A DNA stretch of 64,000 nt from Candidatus Woesearchaeota archaeon (lineage in GTDB: Archaea; Nanobdellota; Nanobdellia; Woesearchaeales; GW2011-AR4): positions 2,205 through 66,204 of the forward strand of contig JACOZN010000015.1 of the NCBI GenBank assembly GCA_016181305.1, given 5' to 3'. Shown here piece by piece: positions 10,568 through 21,094 of this stretch. The translations under genes were made by a program, and so were the position numbers. Below the pieces are notes generated by a model. It was not told where the DNA came from. It worked only from the letters and a program-made list of their open reading frames with translations, and ran no database searches. Position 1 is the stretch's first letter, and each line of letters begins with the position of its first letter.

Positions 10568-10663
10568 AGCTTATGGCATTCCCCCCAATTTTATAAAATT
10601 TGTTGTTTTGGCTGTTAACCTAGGAAACCTTAAATATACATTAAAAAACCAATTTCCAACCAA

Positions 10664-11117
10664 TATGGACAAGCATTTATCTCCGGGAGCAGCGTGGGCA
10701 CTTTATTTTCTTATCATTATCTACGTAATAACTGCCAAGTACAGCAATATGACACTATTCAGAATGGATATTTACTATGCAGTCCTGCTGGCTGTATTGC
10801 CGCTATGCGCTGCATACACATATTATGCCGACAGGCACAAAAGACAGGGGCTTTCCATAAGCTCTTTTGCATTTGGCATGTTATTCTGGATTCCGCTGCT
10901 TAACCTGATTTTCGGGCTGCTGGCAGTATACCTGGGGAGAAAATCCCTGATTGGCATCAAAAAAGAGCCGTCCAAATATGGTGGGAAATGGCTTGCGGTT
11001 ATAGGCATCATATTAGGCTCTATGGTGTACATAACATACCTCACAGGCATAGGAATGTGCCTATTCGGCTATAAGGAAGTCTGCAGGAACATAGGACTGG
11101 ATTTTCTGGCCCGATAA
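10664..11117 (+). CDS. DUF4190-like membrane protein
   Basis: Hydrophobic helices and the GKWLAVIGIILG motif; start codon uncertain. Confidence 0.55.
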
Positions 11118-11186
11118 TTTTAATAGAAATATTTAAAAGCACTAATCTTTTATGTCTCATGCTATACAAGGTATTTCAATAACACA

Positions 11187-12431
11187 ATGGAAGACATCAT
11201 CATGCTTGGGTCAGGCATACTTTTCGGTATTTTGTTTTTGTTCCTCACATTCATTTTCCTTATATTCTCAATTTCCTGGTTTTTCAGGGGAAACAGAAGC
11301 GGCTTTGAGCCGAAAGTAACTGTTGTAATTCCGGCCTATAACGAAGAGAATAACATCACCGAATGCATAGACTCCATCTTCAGCTCCAGCTACAAGAAAA
11401 ACAAGATGGAGGTCATCGTGGTCGATGACGGCTCAAAAGACAATACATTGGATGTCCTTAAAAAATATAAAGAGGTTAAAATACTGAGGCAGAACCATCT
11501 CGGAAAGGTAGAAGCGCTGAATAAAGGAGTTTTAAGTTCTTCCAATGAATTTATTGTGACTGTTGATGCAGACACAGTGCTTGGCAAGAACTGCATAAGG
11601 GAGCTTGTCAGCCCTTTTCATGACAGGAATATCGGAGCGACTACTGGCAACAACAATGTCAAGAACAACAAGTCCATTATCAGCGCATTCCAGAACATTG
11701 AATACCATTTCAGCAACCTTATAAGAAACAGCTTTTCCAAAGTTTTCAGCAACGGCATATGGTTCAGCGGCTCTTTGGCCTGCTACAGGAAGAAATCACT
11801 GGAAAAAATCGGCTATTTCAAAAAAGACACCCTTGCAGAGGATCAGGATATTGCACTGGAGATGAAAAAAGCAGGCTGCAAAACATTGAACACGCCAAAA
11901 GCGATAGGATACACGCTTGTGCCCACAAAAGTCAGCGACTTGTACAGGCAGAGGGCAAGGTGGTGGATAGGCACCCTGCAGGCTATAGTAAAAAATAAGT
12001 CGCTTTTCTCCAGGAAGTCAAGCCCTTCTATATTGTTCCTTTACATAAACCAGTTTTGGTGGTCCTTTTACGCGTTCCTGTCCCTGCCGCTGATAGCGTA
12101 CCAGATAAACTACTGGCTGCCATACAATTCACAGGACATGTTCAGCATGCTTAGCTATTTTTTCAAGTGGCTGAGCCTCATGGGGCCAATATATGTGCTA
12201 TACAAAATTCCCGATTTTGGAGTGTCATTGTACAGCATCTTCGGCGTTTTGTCTGGCATTATGACAACGGTATTAAGCATAGCGGCGTTAAAAATGTTCA
12301 ATGACAGGGTGAGCCTGAAAAACGTGCTTGCAATATTTTTTTACTTTCCATATACAATAGTTTTAAATATAATAATCCTAGTCAGCCTGTTAAGGAACAG
12401 GTTTTGGGAAGAAAGCTATTATGTCAAGTGA
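11187..12431 (+). CDS. GT2 processive glycosyltransferase (membrane)
   Basis: IPAYNEE, VDDGS, VDAD, AED, QRARW. Confidence 0.88.
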   Translation: MEDIIMLGSGILFGILFLFLTFIFLIFSISWFFRGNRSGFEPKVTVVIPAYNEENNITECIDSIFSSSYKKNKMEVIVVDDGSKDNTLDVLKKYKEVKILRQNHLGKVEALNKGVLSSSNEFIVTVDADTVLGKNCIRELVSPFHDRNIGATTGNNNVKNNKSIISAFQNIEYHFSNLIRNSFSKVFSNGIWFSGSLACYRKKSLEKIGYFKKDTLAEDQDIALEMKKAGCKTLNTPKAIGYTLVPTKVSDLYRQRARWWIGTLQAIVKNKSLFSRKSSPSILFLYINQFWWSFYAFLSLPLIAYQINYWLPYNSQDMFSMLSYFFKWLSLMGPIYVLYKIPDFGVSLYSIFGVLSGIMTTVLSIAALKMFNDRVSLKNVLAIFFYFPYTIVLNIIILVSLLRNRFWEESYYVK

Positions 12432-12437
12432 GCCAAA

Positions 12438-13790
12438 ATGCTAAAGGAAATTTTGCAGCAATTCATCCAGAATTACATAGCGCTGGCAACGGAATTTTTT
12501 TCCTGGTATAATGTTGCAGGGAGGAAAATACTTGACTTTTTGCACAGCATATTTAACAGTACATTCAATGCCCTGCTTTTTGTAGCTGTCCTGATGTCAG
12601 TGCTTTACCTGATTATGTCTTTTTACATACTCTTCAAGAAGCGCGAGCAGAAGCAGGAAGAGCCGGTTGATGACGAAAACCTGCCTCTGGTTACTGTGCA
12701 GATTCCGACCTTTAACGAGATCGTTGCGATAAGGTGCGCGAAAAGCTGCCTTGGCTTTGATTACCCGAAAGACAGGTACGAAATTCTCATAGGGGACGAC
12801 AGCAACAGGCCTGAAATTTCAAGGAAGCTGAAGGAATTTGCCAAGCAGCACAGCTTGGTGAAAGTGATAAAAAGGCAGAGCAATATCGGGTACAAGCCCG
12901 GCAACCTGAACAACATGCTCAACCATTCAAAAGGGGAAATTATTGTGATTTTTGACTCTGACTTTGCGCCGCAGCCCGACTTCCTGAAAAGAATAGTCAG
13001 GCCTTTCCTGAAAGACAAAAAGATTGCAGGGGTGCAGGCAAGATGGAAGCTTATAAATTACAATCAAAATCTTGCGTCTGTGCTGGGCTCTACAATAGTG
13101 TCAACGTGCCATTATGTTACAATACCCTTCATGTACCAAAGGAGGGGGATAACCTTCCTTTGCGGCTCTGCTGAAGCAGTAAGGAAAAGCGTGCTTGCAG
13201 AAATCGGCTGCTGGGAAAGCGGCAACCTGACTGAGGACATAGAGTTCTCGCTCAGGCTGCTTGAGAGGGGCTACAAGATAGAGTACCTTGATGACCTGGA
13301 GTGCGACAGCGAAGTTCCATACACGCTTAAGGACCTTTACAAGCAGCAAATGAGATGGGCTTACGGGGTTATCTATTCCTGGAAGAAGCATTTCATATCC
13401 ATCGCAAAGAGCAGGCATCTCCGCCTGATGGACAAGATGTACATGGGGATTATATTCTGCAGCGGGTATATGCTCTCTGTCCTTCTTGCAGGGCTCTTTA
13501 TAACAGGCACTCTCAGCTTTATGACGCATGCTCCTGCGCCTATAGAATGGGGAAGATTTTTTTATGAGATGGCAAGAAACATCATACTAACCAGCGGCCT
13601 GATTGTGTCAAGCATAGTTGCGCTTGCAAAGGCCAACAAGTCGAGGCTGACTCTGCCTATGATAGCATCGTCTTTCAGCTACGGAATTGTAGTGACCTAT
13701 TATGTAAATGTAGGCATTGTCAAGGCATTGTCAAAAACACCAATGGAGTGGTACATGCTTAACAAGCAGGGCAACAAGGCAGTTGACTGA
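12438..13790 (+). CDS. GT2 processive glycosyltransferase (membrane)
   Basis: QIPTFNE, GDDS, KPGNLN, FDSD, TED, QQMRW. Confidence 0.88.
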   Translation: MLKEILQQFIQNYIALATEFFSWYNVAGRKILDFLHSIFNSTFNALLFVAVLMSVLYLIMSFYILFKKREQKQEEPVDDENLPLVTVQIPTFNEIVAIRCAKSCLGFDYPKDRYEILIGDDSNRPEISRKLKEFAKQHSLVKVIKRQSNIGYKPGNLNNMLNHSKGEIIVIFDSDFAPQPDFLKRIVRPFLKDKKIAGVQARWKLINYNQNLASVLGSTIVSTCHYVTIPFMYQRRGITFLCGSAEAVRKSVLAEIGCWESGNLTEDIEFSLRLLERGYKIEYLDDLECDSEVPYTLKDLYKQQMRWAYGVIYSWKKHFISIAKSRHLRLMDKMYMGIIFCSGYMLSVLLAGLFITGTLSFMTHAPAPIEWGRFFYEMARNIILTSGLIVSSIVALAKANKSRLTLPMIASSFSYGIVVTYYVNVGIVKALSKTPMEWYMLNKQGNKAVD

Positions 13791-13834
13791 TTCTTTAGAA
13801 AGTATTATTTATTCTTGCGTATTTTTTTAATAAA

Positions 13835-15226
13835 ATGAGGCTGAGTGGCAATATCCGGATAGGCATAATAATGCTGGCATTTATATGCGCAAATGCAATT
13901 TTTCTTGGCTTCTATAAAGACGTTTGGTGGGACAGCTCTGTTTACATCGGCATGGGCAAATACATCTATTCCTCAGGCCATTCAGGATTGTGGGAAGATT
14001 ACAGGATGCCATTGTTTCCCTTGGTTCTTGGCTTCGGATGGCTTTTGGACACGGATATTGTGCTTTATTCAAGGACAGTTTCTTTGATATTTGCGTGCCT
14101 TGCGTTATTCATGACATATAAACTGGGAAAAGAGTTGTTCTCCGAGGAGACAGGGCTTTTAGCATCCTTCTTTCTTGCTTTTTCATACACATTCTTCTTT
14201 TTCAGCGGCAATATACTGACAGAAATTCCCTCTGCTTTTTTTGTGATGGTGTCTTTTTACCTTTTTTTCAGGCAGAGGTATATCCTTTCCGGATTATTCG
14301 CGGGAATATCAGTGATGTTCAGGATTTTTCATTCATTTGTTTTTATAGGGATTCTTGCAGCTTTTGTTTTACGCGAGTATAATAAAAAAGGATTTGCCAG
14401 CAAAATTTCTAGTTATCTTGCCGGACTGTTATGCCTGATTGTGCCTTACCTGTCTTTCAATTTTTTCATGTACGGCGATGTGCTGAGGCCTTTCAAAATC
14501 CAGACTTTCTTCGTGCATACAACTGCATGGAACCTTTATCGCGGATGGATGTTTTATCCTATCGGGCTTGCAAAGGAAAATTTCCTTTTAGCCGCATTGC
14601 TCATTGCCCCGTTGCTGATCCATAAAAACAGGAAATTAACGGGCCACAGGATTTTTGCATTATCCGCATCCGTCATTCTCTACATCTTATTTTATTCATT
14701 TGCAAGGCACAAGGAAATGAGGTTCATGATAGCTGCACTGCCAATCCTTTACATTCTTCTGTCAATTTTGCTATTTGAAATTTATAAAAAAATGGAATTT
14801 AAGAAAATTGCCGCATTGATTTTTATAGCAATGGCGCTTGCATGGATTTTTATAACATTCTCTAAAATATCATCAGCAATCTCATACCAACAGCAAAGAA
14901 ATGACGAGGCATTGCTTTTTTTCCAGTCAAAGATAAATGAAAAAAACGGGACAATATGGATAACAAGCCCAACCTATGCACTGCATTCCGACAAGAAGAT
15001 TGACGGGTTACTGTATTATTATTCCCCAAAAAGCCTGATGGAATTCGCTGCCGGAAATGATTTTGATATTGCTTTCGCGAATGATTGCGACATAATGTGC
15101 GCGCCAAAAGAGGATGATCCTTACTGCGAAATAAGCCATATAAAATTATATGAAAAACTTGGCAATCATAAAAAAATATATTCGAAGAGAGTAAACTCAT
15201 GCAATTATGAAATATTCACTTCCTGA
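13835..15226 (+). CDS. GT-C (ArnT/PMT-like) membrane glycosyltransferase
   Basis: WWDSSVY...RMPLFP N-terminal loop, many TM segments, HKEMRF motif. Confidence 0.75.
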   Translation: MRLSGNIRIGIIMLAFICANAIFLGFYKDVWWDSSVYIGMGKYIYSSGHSGLWEDYRMPLFPLVLGFGWLLDTDIVLYSRTVSLIFACLALFMTYKLGKELFSEETGLLASFFLAFSYTFFFFSGNILTEIPSAFFVMVSFYLFFRQRYILSGLFAGISVMFRIFHSFVFIGILAAFVLREYNKKGFASKISSYLAGLLCLIVPYLSFNFFMYGDVLRPFKIQTFFVHTTAWNLYRGWMFYPIGLAKENFLLAALLIAPLLIHKNRKLTGHRIFALSASVILYILFYSFARHKEMRFMIAALPILYILLSILLFEIYKKMEFKKIAALIFIAMALAWIFITFSKISSAISYQQQRNDEALLFFQSKINEKNGTIWITSPTYALHSDKKIDGLLYYYSPKSLMEFAAGNDFDIAFANDCDIMCAPKEDDPYCEISHIKLYEKLGNHKKIYSKRVNSCNYEIFTS

Positions 15227-15683
15227 CATTGATGAAATCCCCCAGTGTGAACCCATTAATCTCTCTGCCTTTGGGGGTTTCGTGGCTTTCCTCATACTCC
15301 TCGACCAGCCTGACCCCAAGAAACCTTTCCAGCTTTTTTGCCAAAGACAGCGGAGGGGCTAAAGCGCCTGTCTCAATCTTATGGACAGTTGCCTCCTTTT
15401 CGCTGATTTTACCGGCAAAATCTTTCTGCGTAAGCCCCATTGATTCCCTCCTTTTCCTGATTATCTCGGCATAGTTTTCCACCAACAGCTCCATTTTCTC
15501 CTCTTTTTGAGGTGATTTCTGCATCTGCCTTATCTGGGATTTTGCATCAAGCCTTTTTGGCTGCTGGACGACTTTGCCGAATCTTGCGCAGTCGCTGCAG
15601 ACGTCAAGCTGCACGCCTTCTATCACAGCCTTTGCTAAAATTTCCACTCTTTTGCCGCACAAGTCGCAGTTAATAGCCATCAC
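15216..15683 (-). CDS. mbf1: Archaeal multiprotein bridging factor (Zn ribbon + HTH)
   Basis: CDLCG...VCSDC, RRESMGLTQKDFA, TLGD. Confidence 0.9.
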   Translation of the reverse strand: MMAINCDLCGKRVEILAKAVIEGVQLDVCSDCARFGKVVQQPKRLDAKSQIRQMQKSPQKEEKMELLVENYAEIIRKRRESMGLTQKDFAGKISEKEATVHKIETGALAPPLSLAKKLERFLGVRLVEEYEESHETPKGREINGFTLGDFINVRK

Positions 15684-16080
15684 CAGTGATTGTTACAATT
15701 ATCTTCCTGTCGTGCCTTGGCCCGTCCAATTCACAGAATTGAACTGCCTGCCACCTGCCCAGGTCTAATTTATTGTTTCTTATAGGAATTGTCTCGCTGG
15801 GGCCCAAAATCGCGGATTTTATATGGCTATCGGCATTGCCGTCAATCCTGTCGTGGCGCCAGACCCCTGACGGGACTAATTTGTCCAAAGCATCCAGCAA
15901 ATCAAGGCAGATGTTCGGGTCATAGTTCTCGTTTATAATTATTGCGGCTGTCGCATGCGCTGCAAAAACGTTGCATATGCCGCTTTCTACCTTTGATTTT
16001 TTTATTATTGAGCTTATTCTTGGCGTTATGTCTATCAATTCCTGCTTTTTTGATGTGGATAAAATGATTTCATCCCGCAT
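15670..16080 (-). CDS. yjbQ: YjbQ / secondary thiamine-phosphate synthase family
   Basis: HATAAIIINEN, GNADSHIK, LGRWQ...ELDG. Confidence 0.9.
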   Translation of the reverse strand: MRDEIILSTSKKQELIDITPRISSIIKKSKVESGICNVFAAHATAAIIINENYDPNICLDLLDALDKLVPSGVWRHDRIDGNADSHIKSAILGPSETIPIRNNKLDLGRWQAVQFCELDGPRHDRKIIVTITGDGY

Positions 16081-16133
16081 AAAGCGTGATTACTCACAAG
16101 AATATTTAAATATGATGCTAATTAACCAGCATT

Positions 16134-16628
16134 ATGAAAATCATCGCAGTTTCTGGAACTCCAGGAACAGGCAAGACTTTTTTGTCAAAAAAACTGGCAA
16201 AAAGGCTGGGTTTTTATTATTTAAGTGTAAACAACTTCATCACAAAAAATAAATTATATGAAGGCTATGACAAAAAAAGAAAAACAAAGATTGTTGATGT
16301 CAAAAAATTAAATAATAAAATAATTGGAGAAATCAAAAAAATAAAAAACAATAAAAATTTTAAAGGAATAATAATCGACTCGCATCTTTCGCATTTTCTT
16401 CCGAAAAAATACATTGATTTCTGCATTATAACAAAATGCAATATCAAAGAATTGGCTAAAAGGTTAAAAAATAAAAAATTCAATAAAGGCAAAATTCAGG
16501 AAAATATCCAGGCAGAGATTTTTGGCATTTGCTATAATGAAGCAATGGAAAGAAAGCACAAGGTTATTGTTATTGACACCACAAAAGGTTTTAATACTGG
16601 CAGGATTGCCAGGCAGTTGGGTGGCTGA
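16134..16628 (+). CDS. AK6/Fap7-type adenylate kinase
   Basis: SGTPGTGKT, IIDSHLSH, ENIQAEI. Confidence 0.88.
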   Translation: MKIIAVSGTPGTGKTFLSKKLAKRLGFYYLSVNNFITKNKLYEGYDKKRKTKIVDVKKLNNKIIGEIKKIKNNKNFKGIIIDSHLSHFLPKKYIDFCIITKCNIKELAKRLKNKKFNKGKIQENIQAEIFGICYNEAMERKHKVIVIDTTKGFNTGRIARQLGG

Positions 16629-17783
16629 ATGTTATCCAGCAGAGTAAAAAATATCGCGCCGAGCGCTACATTGGCAATTGATGCAAAAGCCAAGCAGCTC
16701 AGGAAATCCGGCAAGGATGTTGTGATTTTCGGGGCTGGCGAGCCTGACTTCAACACGCCTGAGAACATAAAGCTTGCCGCAAAAAAGGCAATTGACGGCA
16801 ATTTTACAAGATACACGCCTGTTGGGGGAATTCCCGAGCTCAGGAAAGCTGTCGCTGAGAAATTTCAAAGAGAAAATAATGTCAGCTATGATGTTTCTGA
16901 AATCCTGATAAGCTGCGGCGGCAAGCATTCGCTTTACAATATTGCAATGGCTGTTCTCGGCAAGGGCGACGAGGCAATCCTTCCGGTTCCTTACTGGGTA
17001 AGCTATGAAGAGATGATTAAATTGGCAGAAGCTGTACCTGTTTTTTGCAATACAGACGAAAGATTCAGGCTGACAGCTGGCATGGTTGAGGAAAAAATAA
17101 GCGATAAAACAAAAATGCTTATTTTGAACAGCCCAAGCAATCCAAGCGGGGCAATTGTTGAGCCTGATGAAGTAAGGAAGATAGCAAGGCTGGCAGCTGA
17201 TAACAATTTTTATGTTGTCTCAGACGAAGTATATGAGCATTTTGTTTATGGCGATAATAAGAGCATCAGCATAGCATCTTTAGGAGACGATATAAAGAGC
17301 CTCACAATAGTCTCAAACTCAGTCTCAAAAACCTATGCAATGACTGGCTGGCGCATAGGATACACAGCAGGCAACAATGAAATCATAAAGGCGATGGAGA
17401 ACCTGCAGAGCCATTCAACCAGCAACCCGAGCAATATTGCGCAGTATGCTGCCCTGGAAGCCCTTACAGGCCCCCAAGAGAGTGTTAAAAAAATGGTAAG
17501 GGCTTTTGACGAGAGAAGAAAATTCATTTACAAAAGGCTGAACGAGATTGATGGAATTTCATGCGTAGAGCCAGAAGGGGCTTTTTATGCTTTTCCAGAC
17601 ATAAGCGGGACAGGAATGAGCTCAATGGATTTTGCATCAAAGCTGCTTAGTGAGGCATTGGTCGCAGTCGTCCCAGGCATTGCATTTGGCTCTGACAGGC
17701 ACATAAGGCTAAGCTATGCAGCATCAATGCGCGATATTGAGCGCGGCTTGGACAGAATAGAAAAATGGCTGAAACAAAGTTAG
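16629..17783 (+). CDS. PLP-dependent aminotransferase class I/II (aspartate aminotransferase-like)
   Basis: GEPDFNTP, NSPSNPSG, SDEVY, SKTYAMTGWRIG. Confidence 0.93.
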   Translation: MLSSRVKNIAPSATLAIDAKAKQLRKSGKDVVIFGAGEPDFNTPENIKLAAKKAIDGNFTRYTPVGGIPELRKAVAEKFQRENNVSYDVSEILISCGGKHSLYNIAMAVLGKGDEAILPVPYWVSYEEMIKLAEAVPVFCNTDERFRLTAGMVEEKISDKTKMLILNSPSNPSGAIVEPDEVRKIARLAADNNFYVVSDEVYEHFVYGDNKSISIASLGDDIKSLTIVSNSVSKTYAMTGWRIGYTAGNNEIIKAMENLQSHSTSNPSNIAQYAALEALTGPQESVKKMVRAFDERRKFIYKRLNEIDGISCVEPEGAFYAFPDISGTGMSSMDFASKLLSEALVAVVPGIAFGSDRHIRLSYAASMRDIERGLDRIEKWLKQS

Positions 17784-19618
17784 ACGGGAAAAGCAGAGGA
17801 GTGCTTGACGGGCTTAAAAACAGGCACGTGGCTGACATTATTAAAAAATATGCAGATTTGTGCAAGCCGCAAAAAATAACAGTGCTTGATGACTCCAGGG
17901 AAGCAATTGAGTACGCAAAGGATCTGGCACTGAGGAATGGCGAAGAGGCGCCATTGAAGCTGAAAGGGCACACTATACATTTTGACGGCTACTATGACCA
18001 AGGAAGGGACTTGGTCAATACGCGAATAATGCTTCCAAAAGGGCTTAAATTAAGCAAGGGCATCGAAACTATAGGCAAAGGTCAGGGGCTTGGAGAAATA
18101 TCCGGGCTTCTCGACGGCATAATGGAAGGGAAAGAGATGCTTGTCAAGTTCTACTGCCTTGGCCCCAATAATTCCAAATTCTCAATCCCTGCTTTGCAGC
18201 TTACAGACTCTGCATATGTGGTGCACAGCGAGGACATGCTTTACAGGCAGGGCTATCAGGATTTCAAAAGTCTTAATGGCTCAAAAGATTTCTTCCATTT
18301 TGTGCATTCTGCAGGAAGAACTGAGAATGGGGTAAGCATTGACATTGAGAAAAGAAGGGTTTACATGGATTTGGAGGAAGAAAGGGTTTTCACAATAAAC
18401 AACCAGTATGCGGGCAATTCAGTAGGGCTGAAAAAGCTTGCATTGAGGCTTGCAATAAGCAAAGCAAACAAGGAAGATTGGCTGTGCGAGCACATGTTTA
18501 TAATGGGGGTAAAGCCTGAAGGCAGGGAAAGATTTACTTATTTTACCGGCGCATTTCCAAGCGGCTGCGGAAAGACATCAACTGCAATGGTGCCTGGGCA
18601 GGCGATCATAGGGGATGACATTGCATACATAAGGGCTGATGAAGAAGGCAGGGCGATGGCAGTCAACGTGGAGCAGGGAATATTCGGGATTATAGAGGAT
18701 GTCAATCCAGTCGATGACTCGTTAATATACAAGGCGCTCACAACTCCAAGAGAAATCATATTCTCAAATATTCTTGTCAAGGACGGGATTCCATACTGGC
18801 TGGGCATGGGCAAAGAGCTTCCAAAAGACGGCATTAATTTTTCAGGCGAATGGTATGAAGGCAAAAAAGACAATAATGGCAAAGAGATACTGCCAGCGCA
18901 CAAGAACGCAAGGTACACAATAAGGATTTCAGAGCTTGACAACGCAGACCCCAATGCTGAAAATCCTGATGGGGTGCAGATAAGTGGGTTTATTTACGGC
19001 GGAAGAGACTCTGATACGAATGTGCCTGTTTTCCAGTCATTGGGCTGGGCTCATGGAGTTTTTGTAGGCGGAGTGATTGAATCCGAGACAACAGCGACAA
19101 CAACTGCGGCAGTAGGGGTAAGGAAGCACAACCCCATGTCAAATATCGAATTTTTGACAGTTCCTCTGGGAGTGTATATAGACAACCACATGAAATTCGG
19201 GGAAGCCCTTGACGAGCCTCCTTTAATTTTTGCAACGAATTACTTCTTGAAGGAGGACGGGAAATTCCTCAACCAGAAAACAGACAAGAAAGTGTGGCTT
19301 TTGTGGATGGAAGGAAGGGTTCATGGCGAGTATGGCGCGATTGAAACTCCGATTGGATTCATACCAAAATATGAGGATTTGAGAGGCTTATTCAAAGAGG
19401 TTTTTGAAAAAGAGTACAGAAAAGAGGATTACGACAGGCAGTTTTCAATAAGGGCAAAAAAGCTTCTTGAAAAGCTTGACAGGGCTGAAGAAATCTACAA
19501 GCCAGAGGACAATATCCCGGAAATATTCCACAGGCATATCGGGCAGCAAAGGGAAAGGCTAAAGGAAGCCATGGAAAAGCATGAAAGCGATGTTATTTTT
19601 CCATTTAAGTTTGAGTAA
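17765..19618 (+). CDS. pckG: GTP-dependent phosphoenolpyruvate carboxykinase
   Basis: YAGNSVGLKKLALR, CEHM, AFPSGCGKTS, GDDIA, HKNARY. Confidence 0.9.
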   Translation: MAETKLDGKSRGVLDGLKNRHVADIIKKYADLCKPQKITVLDDSREAIEYAKDLALRNGEEAPLKLKGHTIHFDGYYDQGRDLVNTRIMLPKGLKLSKGIETIGKGQGLGEISGLLDGIMEGKEMLVKFYCLGPNNSKFSIPALQLTDSAYVVHSEDMLYRQGYQDFKSLNGSKDFFHFVHSAGRTENGVSIDIEKRRVYMDLEEERVFTINNQYAGNSVGLKKLALRLAISKANKEDWLCEHMFIMGVKPEGRERFTYFTGAFPSGCGKTSTAMVPGQAIIGDDIAYIRADEEGRAMAVNVEQGIFGIIEDVNPVDDSLIYKALTTPREIIFSNILVKDGIPYWLGMGKELPKDGINFSGEWYEGKKDNNGKEILPAHKNARYTIRISELDNADPNAENPDGVQISGFIYGGRDSDTNVPVFQSLGWAHGVFVGGVIESETTATTTAAVGVRKHNPMSNIEFLTVPLGVYIDNHMKFGEALDEPPLIFATNYFLKEDGKFLNQKTDKKVWLLWMEGRVHGEYGAIETPIGFIPKYEDLRGLFKEVFEKEYRKEDYDRQFSIRAKKLLEKLDRAEEIYKPEDNIPEIFHRHIGQQRERLKEAMEKHESDVIFPFKFE

Positions 19619-19619
19619 A

Positions 19620-19988
19620 ATGAAAATTAAGGTTATTTCTGGCAATTTAAACGCAGTGGCTGAATTGAAGAATACCGCTACAGCAAAGGCAGTCTACAAT
19701 GCGCTGCCTATTGAAGGCGCTGCAAACAGATGGGGCAACGAAATCTATTTTCCCATTCCGGTAAATCTTGATGCAGAGCCTGATGCAAAAGAGGTTGTTG
19801 ATGAGGGAGATGTTGCTTATTGGGTTGAAGGAGCCTGTTTTTGCATTTTCTGGGGGAAAACTCCTGCCTCAAAAGGCAGTGAGATAAGGGCTGCATCAAA
19901 GGTTAATGTTTTTGGAAAGGTAAAGGGAGATGCTAAAATTTTTAATAAGGTTAAGAATGGCGATTTAACAATCTTGGAGAAGGCATGA
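19620..19988 (+). CDS. Cyclophilin-like fold protein (DUF369/TM1367-like)
   Basis: ALPIEGAANRWGNEIYF, GDVAYW, CIFWGKTP; in-frame ATG at 19620. Confidence 0.8.
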   Translation: MKIKVISGNLNAVAELKNTATAKAVYNALPIEGAANRWGNEIYFPIPVNLDAEPDAKEVVDEGDVAYWVEGACFCIFWGKTPASKGSEIRAASKVNVFGKVKGDAKIFNKVKNGDLTILEKA

Positions 19989-21094
19989 AAAAGCAGTTGT
20001 CAAGCCTGGATTTGCATTTTTTATTGAAAGAACTGGATATTCTGAAAGATTCAAGGGTTGACAAGATATACCACCCGGAAGAAAACTTGGTTATTTTCAG
20101 CCTTTATAAAACCAATGCCGGGAAGAAATTATTGAGAATTGAAATAGGAAAAGTGCTGTTTATTGCAGAAGAAAAAGAGCAGTATGAAGAGATTTTAGGA
20201 TTTGGGCAGCTGCTGAGGAAGCATCTTGACGGATATTTTTTAGTTGATATACGGCAATTAAAGCCCGAGAGAATAATCAAAATCACTTTTAAAGCAAAGG
20301 AGGAAACAAAACACCTTTATCTTGAATTCTTCGGCAAGGGCAATGCAATTTTATGCAGTGAGCATGATGTAATTATAAACGCGCTTGAGCACCATGAGTT
20401 CAGGGAAAGGGCTGTAAAGCCTAAACTGAAGTATGTTTATCCCGTAATGAATTATAACGTATTTGAAATCAATGAAAAACAATTGCAGGATTTGTTAAAA
20501 AACTCCAAAAAAGACAGCCTTGTGACAAGCTTGGCAACAGAATTGGGGTCGGGCGGCTTGTACTCCGAGGAAATATGCCTGTTGTCCAATATAGATAAAA
20601 ACATCAGCCCAAAAAATATCGGCGATGAACAAATTCATTCAATATCAAATTCAATTAAAAGAATAATTAATCAAAAAATCGATGCTAACGTGATTTTTGA
20701 CAACGGCAATGTCATTGATTTTGCCCCTTTTAATTTTAAATATTACGAAAAGCACAAAAAGCAGGAATTCAAGACATTCAGCGAAGCTCTTTCATTCTTT
20801 TACTCGCAATTCAAGGAGGTGAAAGAGTCTGCAGCAGACAAAAAAATAAAGGAATTGCAGAGAATTACAGAAAGCCAGAAGCGGACGATAGACATGCTAA
20901 GAAAGGAAGAGCATGAATTAAGGCAGAAAGGAGAGATGATCTACCACAATTACCAATTGATAAAAGAAGTGCTTGACGAAATAAACAAAGCCTCAAAGAA
21001 ATACTCATGGAAGGAGATAAAAGAGAAGCTGAAAGGGCATAAGATTGTGAAAGAGGTTAATGAAAAAGATAGGAAGGTTGTGGTGGAGATTTAG
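19985..21094 (+). CDS. NFACT/Rqc2 N-terminal and coiled-coil part (no NFACT-R domain)
   Basis: LSSLDL, LRKHL, ERII, LEFFGKGNAIL, GLYSEEIC. Confidence 0.8.
   Translation: MKKQLSSLDLHFLLKELDILKDSRVDKIYHPEENLVIFSLYKTNAGKKLLRIEIGKVLFIAEEKEQYEEILGFGQLLRKHLDGYFLVDIRQLKPERIIKITFKAKEETKHLYLEFFGKGNAILCSEHDVIINALEHHEFRERAVKPKLKYVYPVMNYNVFEINEKQLQDLLKNSKKDSLVTSLATELGSGGLYSEEICLLSNIDKNISPKNIGDEQIHSISNSIKRIINQKIDANVIFDNGNVIDFAPFNFKYYEKHKKQEFKTFSEALSFFYSQFKEVKESAADKKIKELQRITESQKRTIDMLRKEEHELRQKGEMIYHNYQLIKEVLDEINKASKKYSWKEIKEKLKGHKIVKEVNEKDRKVVVEI

Noticed and set aside
19985-21094. NFACT gene truncated by the island insertion
   Set aside because: The gene ends with its own TAG before the boundary, and no C-terminal remnant lies beyond the right end. 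A natural split form is plausible from my recollection of DPANN genomes, but I have not verified that.
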